Shown: positions 25,861-36,888 of the stretch, piece by piece
How positions within the stretch are numbered: position 1 is the first letter of the stretch
How the letters are laid out: each line of letters opens with the position of its first letter
Position numbers and translations under genes: made by a program
Notes under the pieces: generated by a model
What the model was told of the DNA's origin: nothing
What the model saw: the letters and a program-made list of their open reading frames with translations, nothing else
Database searches by the model: none
From: Octopus vulgaris
Lineage: Eukaryota
Direction of reading: 5' to 3'
Assembly: GCA_951406725.2 (NCBI GenBank)
Contig: OX597818.1
Coordinates: 14,322,001-14,386,000 of the forward strand
Length of the DNA: 64,000 bases

Positions 25861-28791
25861 ACTAAATGACTTGATATACGCAGCAGCCACTGCAGTCACA
25901 AAAGAAGCTGGATACTCACCCAAACCCGCCCAAACAGGAGTATCACCACCCAAACAAACCCTGTGGATAAATAACATCCAAAACAAAATTAAAAAAATTA
26001 GAAAAGACCTGTCGATTCTTAATGAAATCAGCAAACAAGCAACGCTACTGAGCAACAAAAAGAGAACAAAAATACTCCGCAAATATAACATCACAGAAAA
26101 AGATTTGCCGGAGATAAAAGAAAAGCTGAAGCAAGATATCCTTGCCAAAGCTCAAAGGATCCGCCGGTACGAGAAACGCCAACGCTTCTTTGAACAGAAC
26201 AAAAAGTTCAACTCCGACCCCAAAAAGATCTACCAAGAACTGGGCAAAAATAAAATAGAAGTCACTGCAGCACCAACGGCAGAAGAATTGGAAGAATTCT
26301 GGAAAGAAATATGGTCGGCGAACGAACAGCCAAAAAAAGGAGTATGAAAATAACAAACTCGGCATCTGAACAACTTTGGACCCCCATAACAACTGAAGAG
26401 GTCACCCAGGCACTGCAAAAACTAGGCAACTGGAAGGCACCTGGGCATGACAAGATCCCCAACTTCTGGTTGAAATATCTAACAGGAATGCACAAAAAGC
26501 TGGCTGAAAACTTTAACAGCATACTAGCAGAGCCAGAGACAATGCCTGAATGGCTCACGAAGGGGAAAACCATCTTAATCCCCAAATCAAATGAAACAAC
26601 AAAACCAGAAAACTACAGACCAATAACCTGCCTCCCTACTATGTTCAAGGCATTTACTGCAGTGATATCGCAAAGGCTGAACAAGCACCTGGACGAAAAC
26701 AAACTGTTCCCAGAAGAGCAGAACGGATGCCGCGAGGGCTCATATGGCTGTAAAGATCAACTACTGATTAATAAAGCCGTAACTGAAGACAGCCACAGAA
26801 AGAAGAAAGGCCTCAGTATGGCCTGGATTGACTACAAAAAGGCGTTTGATAGCATGCCCCACACATGGATCCTCGAAACACTAGCCATTAACAAAGTAGC
26901 ACCAACAATCATAAAATTCATAGAGCACTCTATGAATAAATGGCAAACAGTCCTACATCTCCAAACAAAAGAGGGACTCATGAAAACCAAAGACATCCCC
27001 ATTAGAAGAGGAATATTCCAGGGAGACACGCTCTCTCCACTCCTTTTCTGCTTCGCACTGTCACCTCTATCTGATATGCTAAATAGAACTGGATGCGGAT
27101 ATAAATGTTACGGCAAAACGATCAGCCACCTTTTATATATGGATGACCTAAAACTATACGCTGCAAATGACAAACAGCTGGAAACACTATTAAAGACAGT
27201 TCATGGATTTACCAAAGAAATAGATATGAAATTTGGATTAGAAAAATGCGCCAAAGTAACCATGAAAAGAGGAAAACTAGTTAAGAGTAACAACATCACA
27301 CTAGATAAAACCAATGAAATAAAAGAATTAGACCAAAGCCAAACTTACAAATACTTAGGAATCCATGAACTAGATAAGACACAACACACACAAATGAAAG
27401 AGAAAATAAAAAAAGAATATTATAGACGAGTTAGATCAATACTAAAAACAGAGCTCAATGCTAAAAACAAGATAATAGGTATCAACACTTTAGCTGTCCC
27501 AGTTATAAGTTACAGCTACAATATCCTTAACTGGACACGAAATGAACTGTCCAAAATAGATAGGAAAACAAGAAAAATACTGACAGGATCTAGGATGCAT
27601 CACCCAAAATCTGACATAGAAAGACTATATATACAACGTATAGAAGGTGGTAGAGGCCTTATACAGCTGGAAAACTACTATAAAATAACCACCATAGGAC
27701 TGCAAAAATACCTACTTCAGAAGGAAGGAAAACTGATCCAGATAGCAGCAAAACACGAGCAAAACAAAAAACTGTTCTCAGTATTTAAGGAAGCTGACAA
27801 ATACAAACAAGAAATCATACCACCTAATAAACACAAATAAGAAGAAGAAGATGATGAAGAAACAACAAAAGCTATAAAACAAATGAAATCCAAACTAAAA
27901 ATAGAACAGCAACGAGCCATGATAAAACGATGGCAAGAAAAGCCCCTTCATGGTAAATACTGGACTAAACTAAACGCAAAAGAAATAGACAAAGAAAAAT
28001 CCCAGCAATGGTTGAGAAGCTCAGGACTCAAAGCAGAAACAGAGGGATTTTTAATTGCAGCACAAGACCAAAGCCTCCCCACCAGAAATTACCAAAAACA
28101 TGTAATGAAAAGAAATATTACAAGTAACTGCAGAATATGTGGAGATGGACAAGAAACAATAAATCATATTATCTCTAGTTGCCCAGTCCTGGCTAAGAAG
28201 GAATATATTCACAGACATGACAGAGTTGGAACCTACATACATTGGAAGCTATGCCAACATTATGGAATAACAACAGAAAAAAGATGGTATAGGCACACAC
28301 CAGAAAAGGTCACAGAAAACGAGAAAGCAACCATACTCTGGGATATGCCGATACACACAGATAGAGAAATTAAGGCCAACAGACCAGATATAGTTGTCAG
28401 AGACCATGAAGAAAAAAATGCTTTCTAATTGATGTATCAATACCGGCAGATGACAACGTGTCTTTAAAAGAAATGGAGAAACTCTCAAAATACAAAGACC
28501 TGGAAATAGAGGTAACTAGAATGTGGAACCTGAAAACAGAAACAATTCCTATCATAGTAGGTGCACTATGGATAATAAAATATTCAGACAAATACATAAC
28601 AAAAACACCAGGACTTACAAACACATATAACATACAGAAAATTGCACTACTAGGCACTGCACACATCCTACGCAGAAAACTTTCCATACAATAACCATCA
28701 GAGCATCACAACAAATCACAGCACATACCCAAGGCACACAGAGCTGCGCTCGGTAGTGAAGTGAAAGCACGCTATAAAAATAAAACTACTG
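25861..28791 (+). mobile_element. Young 5'-truncated Dong/R4-clade non-LTR retrotransposon (RT plus restriction-like endonuclease) in (TAA)n
   Basis: RT motifs KAPGHD, YRPITCL, AWIDYKKAFDS, GIFQGDTLSP and YMDD. CCHC finger CRICGDGQETINHIISSC, RHD, RPDIVV..D and EKLSKY. Short 3' UTR, with (TAA)n on both sides. Confidence 0.95.
25862..28694 (+). pseudogene. Disrupted RT-RLE polyprotein of the Dong/R4 element (ORF pieces ending 26347, 26311-27840, 27883-28428, 28458-28694)
   Basis: Collinear domains broken by a frameshift near 26340, a TAA at 27838-27840 and a frameshift in the A-run near 28415. Confidence 0.9.
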
Positions 28792-28819
28792 AATAATAAT
28801 AATAATAATAATGATGATG

Positions 28820-28896
<77 letters not shown>

Positions 28897-29379
28897 TTCT
28901 TAAGTACTCAGATAGTTTTGTGTATATATATATAACTATGTAACTATGTATAACTTTATAATATTTTATTTTCCGATTTCATGAGTCACTTTTTAAATAC
29001 AAACAAATAACTGGAAAATGGTGAACTAACCCCAGACAGAATCAAACCCATAAATCAATGCTAACATGGCTCCTTACGCATCCGATCGGGCCAAACGCTC
29101 GCCCATCAATTTCATCCAAATTTAGTTAATAATCTGACTCATACTACAGATTATGTTTGTAAACAAATCCGAAAGGCTTTTTAAGTTACAGAGTGAAGGC
29201 TATTATGGAGGAGTCATAGTATAATAATGACTGTATACGAATATATGATAACAATTTTTTATTCTCCATAAATTACAAAACCTCTTGAGTTTGATTTAAA
29301 ATATTATATACGTATACATACAGATATATATATATATATATATAAACACATAATATATGTATGTATATATATATTTATG

Positions 29380-29412
<33 letters not shown>

Positions 29413-29428
29413 ATATATATATGTATGA

Positions 29429-29461
<33 letters not shown>

Positions 29462-29743
29462 TATACATACATATACACATATATACATATGCATTCACAA
29501 TTGCATATATACATCTATGTATATAAACCTCATTTGCCATGCTGGACCATTGAAATATATGTTGTTTTTCAATGTCTCTCTGTATACTTTCCCTCCCTTT
29601 CAGTTGGAGGGCATAGGCTTGAAACGTAAACCACTTCTTCGTTTCTCCGTGCGTCAAACTAATACACTTGCTTGTTTTTCATACACCTGTCTTCGTCTTG
29701 TTTTTCGATAAATTTCATCTAAATAAGCATTCATACATTTACA

Positions 29744-29817
<74 letters not shown>

Positions 29818-30119
29818 CACACAAACACATACATTCTTATACACAGACATATATGTTTGTGCGTGAAGATATATATATACACACAATTTTACTCATAATG
29901 CCTTTATGTTCTGAAAATATAAATTTCCAAAATAGAGTGCATTTCATATGCAAGGCTCTGATGAAGTTATAGAATGTTATCTTGGTACTCAATTAAGAAC
30001 GAACAATGAGCTAATAAAGTTCTTTATATAACATTTGTTATATAACATTTGTTATATAACATTTCCGGAGTCACCTCTGTGTTACTAGTACCACTTCATA
30101 CTTATATAAATCTTTTACG

Positions 30120-30450
30120 ACATTCTGCTGGTCAAGATTAACGATGGATGGTTCTGTAAGTTCCCTTTTGATAAGAGGAGCGTTTGCACATCTATCGAAG
30201 CCAAATTACAGTCTGATATCATCACTGAATTGTTTAACAATCGTGAGTAAGCCCTGTAGTTGTTGGTCATTTTTTGCAAAGAGCTTTAAGTCATCCATGT
30301 AAATGAGATGATTTATATTTATAATCAAACATTTTATAGCCGTATTGTACATCATCGAGCAATTGCGAGAGGCATTAAGACTAGGCAAAAGAGGAGTGGT
30401 AATAGAGAGTCACCCTGGAAAATTCCACAAGAAATTCTTATAGCAATTCC
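30120..30450 (-). mobile_element. Dong/R4-type RT fragment
   Basis: GIFQGDSL and INHLIYMDDLKLFAKNDQQLQGLL. Confidence 0.85.
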
Positions 30451-30479
30451 TGATTAAATCCAGCTTTAGATAGAGCAGA

Positions 30480-31040
30480 GTCATAGCAGAAGGGGTAAGT
30501 GTTAAATATAATCCTATTAGCTGATAATTGCGTAATTCGCCTTGAAATTCCTTTTACTACTGATTTTAATACATTAGAAGATTTCTTCATATACCTCCTC
30601 GAAACTTCATCTGGTTTTCTATAGTTGTAATATAAACCAGAGTTTATATCTAGAGATACTATATAAGAAGTTTGATTCCGTAATCAAATATTCCTTCCAC
30701 ATTCTTTCTATGGCGCTTTTACTTTAACTCGGTTCAATGAACAACGCATCCTCTCTATAAATACCACCCTGAAGTCCAGGGATTCCACTAAGACACTTTA
30801 AGTGATATGCACCAACCAAATCAGTAACCTGGACCGAGTCACTCGAACCCATAGCAACATTAACATTATTAGGGGTGTCACACCTCATCCATAACCTAGC
30901 TTCAAATTCTGTGATAGTTTTTCTAGCGAGAAAAATATTTATTTTGTCCCTGGTTATAAGAGAGATCAAAATCAGGGACTTATTTAGGAGAATAGAAAAG
31001 TTGCTAGAAGAATAACTGTTGATATCAAACAATATAAGTG
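30480..31040 (-). mobile_element. Penelope-like RT fragment
   Basis: ORF 30724-31032 (FDI...LL...ARK...W...VAMGSSDSVQVTDLVG...GIYREDAL) matches the PLE pattern FDV.MGS.DGA....LVG...G.YRDDGL. Confidence 0.75.
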
Positions 31041-31115
31041 TTATGTTTGCTAGTGGTGATATAAATCGTGCTAAAAAATGGTTTATCCTTTATATTGCAA
31101 ATCTATATTTTCGTC

Positions 31116-31201
31116 TGTACTGAGGAGAGCGGTATATTTCAGATTGATGTAATGTATTCATTGATTGATAAAATGCAGCCGCTTGAAACGGACGTAATGC
31201 A
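31116..31201 (+). ncRNA. Type-I hammerhead ribozyme motif with 58-nt stem II
   Basis: TGTA-CTGAGGA-GAGCGGT...GCCGCTT-GAAA-CGGACG-TA-(A)TGCA. The base of stem II has 7 bp; stem III is near-palindromic. Confidence 0.7.
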
Positions 31202-32220
31202 TTAATACCTAGACATCCTTGTTACTTATTTACGTTTTATTTCCCTAAAACGAGTTGTGCGAGCTATACCGAAGTGGCTTTGTGCCTGAAATTAATTACC
31301 TAATTCATCTGAATCTTAATTATTATATATATATACATGTGTGTGTGTGCGTAACTTGCCAGGTTCCACATAGTTTACTTTTCTCACAGTTTCATTCATA
31401 TGGTATAGTTTAGACTGGAGCCCTGGTAGGGAACACTTTTTAAGTATACATCGATCTGGACATGAACAAGAATCCTCTTTGTTGCGAAAAGCACTTCTTA
31501 AATACAGATAAACCTACTCTTATATTATATTCATAATAATATATTTATATACGTCAAATATATCTATAAGCATTGAGTGCCTATAAAACAAATGTCAACT
31601 ATCTCTCCTTCATGAAGAATTGATACTCGCTAAATAAATTCTTTTACTTGCGGTGCATGACATTTTACCTTCACAATGCTTTCATCGTCAAGCGGAAGAA
31701 CTCACATTTTTACCGGAAATTTCGAGATAAATAAGAAATATTATTCATCAAACACATTAGTAGTACATCCAACAATACTCTACGACGATGTGACATTTAT
31801 AGTAATGAACCATGTGTGTGTGTGTGCGTGTGCGTGCGTGTGTACGCGGGCGTGTATAGACACACGCATACACATATATACATATATAGATTTATATAGA
31901 TAGATAGACAGATAGATAGTTAGATACATACTGTGTGTGCGCGCGTGCGTTATAAACACACACATACACATATATACATATATATTTATATAGATTTGAT
32001 AAACAAGCCTATAAATTAAAACTGACCCCCCCCCCATAATCAAATCTAAATAACAGAAATAATCGGTGAAAGGCAGTGTCTTTTTTAAAAAATCTCAGTT
32101 AAAACTGCGATGTTGTTGGTAAGACGTTCTTTGTCTATCGTCTATCTCCTTATCCTTTTGGAGATTTTGGATAAAATTATACTAATGAGACCTTCGAATT
32201 TAACTAAATTCTATATCTTT

Positions 32221-32307
32221 ATGCAGCTGAAGATTGCTCTACATTTTAAACTGATGTAATGTTTGCATTGTTGAATTAAATGGAGTCGCATGAAACGATC
32301 GTTCTGT
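32221..32307 (+). ncRNA. Type-I hammerhead ribozyme motif (tandem copy 1)
   Basis: GCAG-CTGAAGA-[58-nt hairpin]-GAAA-CGATCG-TT-CTGT. Stem III is the perfect palindrome ACGATCGT. Confidence 0.75.
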
Positions 32308-32752
32308 TTTACATCTGGATATCCTTGTTGCTTATTTTGGTTATAATCACCTTATTTTAAATTATATGGATAATATCATACTAAATTCCCCTGTCCCATA
32401 AGCATTAGTCTACTTAATAGCAGCTAACATCGTGTCTGAAATATCTTCTTACTGAACCAAATGGCTTTGCTTCAAAGAAATTTTGATTTATGACTACGCC
32501 ACTTAAATTGTCTATCTACTTTGCACTATCTCAAAATGATACTACACTCTCTCTTCTCTCAGATTTGATAAACTAGCTTATAAATTAAAACTGCCCCCCC
32601 CCCAATCAAATCTAAATAACAGAACAAATCTCAGTTAAAACTGTGATGTTGTTGGTAAGACATGTTCTTTTGTCTATCTCCTGATCCTCTTGGTAATTTT
32701 GGGTAAAATTATACTAATGAGTCCTTCGAATTTAACTAAATTCTATATTTTT

Positions 32753-32841
32753 ATGCAGCTGAAGATTGCTCCACATTTTAAATTGATGTAATGTTTGCAT
32801 TGTTGAATTAAATGGAGTCGCATGAAACGATTGTTCTGCAT
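32753..32841 (+). ncRNA. Type-I hammerhead ribozyme motif (tandem copy 2)
   Basis: ATGCAG-CTGAAGA-[58-nt hairpin]-GAAA-CGATTG-TT-CTGCAT. Stem I is a perfect 6 bp. Confidence 0.75.
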
Positions 32842-35800
32842 TACCTTTGGATATCCTAGTTGCTTATTTTGGTTATAATCACCTTATTTTAAATTATATG
32901 GATAATACCATACTAAATTCTGGTGCCTTCAACTTAAGTACCATATTCATCTGAATCTAAATGTTTACTGAACTTATATATTCATATAGATAGATAGATA
33001 GATAGATAGATACTTTCTGTGTATGCGTGTGCGGGCGTGAGTGTGTGTGTGCGTGTGTGACTGAGTGCTTCCCACATTAAAATATTTTCTCTTGTATCAG
33101 AGTATGATGTTTTTTCTAATGGTCTGCTGGCTTGCATTAATGGTATACTCAAAATTATAAAGAAGTATCAACCTCAGATGCAATAACAAAAATGATGTAG
33201 GTGATCATGTAGATGAAAGAACAACTGTAGCAGTAATTTCATGAGGTAGGAGTAGGAGGTAGGGGAGGAGGTGGAGGACAACTTGGGGAAAAAAGGAAAG
33301 TAGAGATTGATTAAAAGGAGATTGATTAAGTAATGCAAGAATAATTTCTTTTGTACTGCTATACTTCCGTCAATGTTGTTTTATGGTAAAGTAAAAACAC
33401 AAATTAATTTGCATAAATTCAAACGATCAAATGAACAGGTTAGTTAATCAAAAAGTTACAAGAAAATTATGCAAAAAGACGTTTATCTCATTAAAAAAAA
33501 ATTCTTAGACTTCATTAGCAAAGCATAGATTAACTGTGATTCGAAAAATGTAGAACAAGAGAGATGAGAAACATTTATTTTGAGAATGGACAGAGATTTC
33601 TTATAAAATAACAAAAAAAAAGGAGAAAAAATAAACACAGATGCCTACTGAATGGAAATTTCTAGTAAGGTGAGCACTGCAAAATTTATTGGGTAAACAA
33701 AGAAATTTTAATTAATCAAAATTATGCCGCTAGTGACATGAAGAATCTCTTTGTACTTTAATAATTCTGGTTTAAAAAAGGACGAGATGATAATCTCGAA
33801 ATCATATGTAATTATGAGTTATTAAATATAGAATGTATTGAAGTGCGCGTAGTTCTGTTTACAGAAATTCAGATATGTTTCTAATTTGGTCTCACGAGTT
33901 CAGCATACTCTAACCGTGACAGTCAAGTCTTAAATTGATGGCAGTCATATAGGTCTTTGTGTTTCACAATCAAAATAATGTTATAACACCATAAAAGAAG
34001 GTAGAAAGAGGAAGCGAACGCATGGAGAAACATAGGGCTTTCGTGACAATCTCCATTTGATTTTAAATTAATTTTTTTGAGTTATTTTAATGTTAGGAAG
34101 ATGTAGTGATGAAAGAAAACAATTTTTGAAATTATGGTTATGCTAACCTAAGTAAAACTATTCATTTTGGTAGCCGTTCTGAACCCTTGATTCTCTGACT
34201 GATAACAAGCTATGTTCTCGAAATTTATGTATTAGCTTAATGTAAGTTCGATTAAGGTTTCTGCAATGAAGAAGAGAGGTTTCGATAAAAGCCCAACACA
34301 TTCTGGACCATGAAATGTTTGCTTTGCATTCTGTTTCGAGAGTCGTTAACTTTAGACTTTACCTTATGAAGCAAAGGTGATACAACGGTTGGAAGTATTA
34401 GTCTTATATTCTCCAAGTTTATGTAAAAAGTAAAGTGGTGAAAAGTTTATTGCAGTACTGTTGGTATTATAGATAAGCGAGCAGGACTAAACTTTGCAGC
34501 GACACTGGGCTCTTTTAAACGAACACATGTGTCACATTGCTTACTCGTTGAAAAAAATAAAACTTCACTTCCGAAAGAGGATCAATGAGACAAAATCTAC
34601 ATTCTTTTTCAGTTCTGTCATTGTGATTCGTCAATACTGTTTATATACAGCTATCTTAATCTGAAGAAAAGTACGTGTGTGTATGTGTTTGTGTGTGTGT
34701 GTACTTGCGTGTGTGTACTTCCGTGTGTGTATGCGCGTGTCCTTATGTATGTATACACGAATGATGCATGTATATATATATATATGTATGTATGTATGTA
34801 TGTATATATGTGTGTAAGTATGTATATATATATATATGTAGTTAGGTAGGTAGGCATGCAGGCAGGCAGTCAGTTAGGCAGGCATGTTTTTATTTACAGG
34901 AAGAGAAGAAAAAAGAAAAATAGATAGATAATCGGGTCGATAAATGCTCAGACAGATTAACATTTATCTGATTTATGTTGTATTTCATATGTAACGTGAT
35001 TCATACCCTATACACCGCCTTCAAGCTGCGCGCTAGATTAGACACATTGTATTATCGCTTTTATTTCTCTCATTTCTACTTTAGAATTCTGTCGATATTA
35101 CTTTTTGGTCTTTCACGTGGAAAACATAAACATCAGTAGTGTATTTAATCAATTATAAAACGCTTCTAAACAAATTTCATTCCATGTATCGGTAAGAAGA
35201 GGAAATAATTATTTAATATTAGATGAGAACGGATATAACTAAATATGTCTAGATTAACATAGACGAATAACGTTTTGGTAGTCACATGTTCCTTGATCTT
35301 TCAATTCATCGTAACAATTGAAATTATATACTATACTTAGTTCCTGTTTGACTTGTGTAATTATTAACTGTTTATGTAAAGGAATGCAGCATTTTCAATA
35401 TTTTGCATTGTTATTATCTCTGAAATACTAAGATCCAGATATCCAGATTCTAAATAGCAGAAATAATTCTAAGTGCAATTTCCATATAGTATATGATATT
35501 TAGTAAAGTTATTCTCTCCCGTTTATTAATTCCACCATCTTCTTTCAAAAATATTGTTTCGTAAGTGCTTCTTGGAATACGCAACGCTAAAATGACACTC
35601 GCTTATTAAACAAACGATAAAACTTGAATACGTTTAATGTTATGCGTTTCAAACACTTGGCAAAACTTTCTTTGATCATCAAATAACGTTTCTGTCCGCA
35701 TGCTGCTTACTTACTTCTTTGCCAAAGCCAATATTTCAAGCTATTGCAACTATTCCAGAATAATGATTAACCCCCAAAACAAAACAGTAGAACGTTATCT

Positions 35801-35883
35801 GTAGTCTGTATATTCCAATATAATTTTACTCAAGTTAAATTCCTATTGAAAACGAGACGTTCTTCGATTATGAAGTGATCAAC

Positions 35884-36090
35884 TGTTGTAATCCAAAGTC
35901 AGACTGTTATAACATCCACTCCGGTGTAGCGGTATAGTTAGTTAGACCAGTAAAGACACGACTATCTATCGACGACTACGCGACTGACACTCCTAGACTA
36001 CTTTCGTCACAGTATTTTCAACGACTAGCATATACCGTTATGGATGAGTATTCCATTATTATTATTATTATTATTATTATCTCCATAAAA
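35884..36090 (-). repeat. 3' LTR of the Gypsy element
   Basis: Direct repeat of 40545-40746 (GTATAGTTAGTTAGAC.AGTAAAGACACGA etc.). Confidence 0.85.
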
Positions 36091-36498
36091 TCTTCCCTTT
36101 CAAGTTTTTTTTCCTTTGGGAGTGTAATTTTATTTTTTTAAATAATAATTTTTACATCGCCCCACCTCTTTTGTGAGTTTTTTTATCTTCTCAATTTAAT
36201 ATTTTTTCGTTTGGCATCCACTTCCAGGAACTCCGTACGTTTTCTTTTTCTTTCGCTTTTGCGTCTGGGTTTGATTATTTGTAGTGGCGTTGGTAGTTGA
36301 AAAGTATCATATATCAATTCCATTGGTCCTTCCATTCCCTTGGATTCGCAGTCAACGAATCTTTATTTAGTTGGTTCATGTGTCGCTTGTATACACCTTT
36401 TCTTCTTTTTACTAAGAATAACATTTTTTCTATACGTTTGGTAATCACACCATCTTCCTAAGTTGGTTGGCCTTTCTTATATGCCTTAATACCTTTTC

Positions 36499-36888
36499 GA
36501 GTGGAGGCGCAATGACCCAGTGGTTAGGGCAGCGGGCTCGCGGTCATAGGATCGCGGTTTCGATTCCCAGACCGGGCGTTGTGAGTGTTTATTGAGCGAA
36601 AACACCTAAAAGCTCCACGAGGCTCCGGCAGGGGATGGTGGTGATCCCTGCTGTACTCTTTCACCACAACTTTCTCTCACTCTTACTTCCTGTTTCTGTT
36701 GTACCTGTATTTCAAGGGGCCGGCCTTGTCACTCTCTGTGTCACGCTGAATATCCCCGAGAACTACGTTAAGGGTGCACGTGTCTGTGGAGTGCTCAGCC
36801 ACTTACACGTTAATTTCACGAGCAGGCTGTTCCGTTGATTCGGATCAACCGGAACCCTCATCGTCGTAACCGACGGAGTGCTTCCAAA
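36499..36888 (+). mobile_element. Full-length tRNA-derived SINE with 11-bp TSD
   Basis: A box TGACCCAGTGG and B-box-like GTTTCGATTCC. TSD AATACCTTTTC at 36488-36498 and 36889-36899. Confidence 0.9.

Larger units (their letters stand above)
31992..32920 (+). repeat. Tandem direct repeat (copies ~31992-32388 and ~32561-32920), each with a hammerhead; pseudo-LTR/retrozyme-like
   Basis: Both copies begin AGATTTGATAAAC.AGC.TATAAATTAAAACTG and end TACTAAATTC. Confidence 0.9.

Noticed and set aside
30026-30064. Three 14-bp direct repeats (TTATATAACATTTG)
   Set aside because: No spacers; local slippage duplication, not CRISPR.
32177-32215. CTAATGA-GACCTTC-GAATTTAACTAAATTC just upstream of each tandem HHR
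   Set aside because: Both core boxes are defective. It reads better as a simple hairpin.
36503-36580. tRNA-like sequence
   Set aside because: It is the head of a SINE with body and TSD; no complete cloverleaf.
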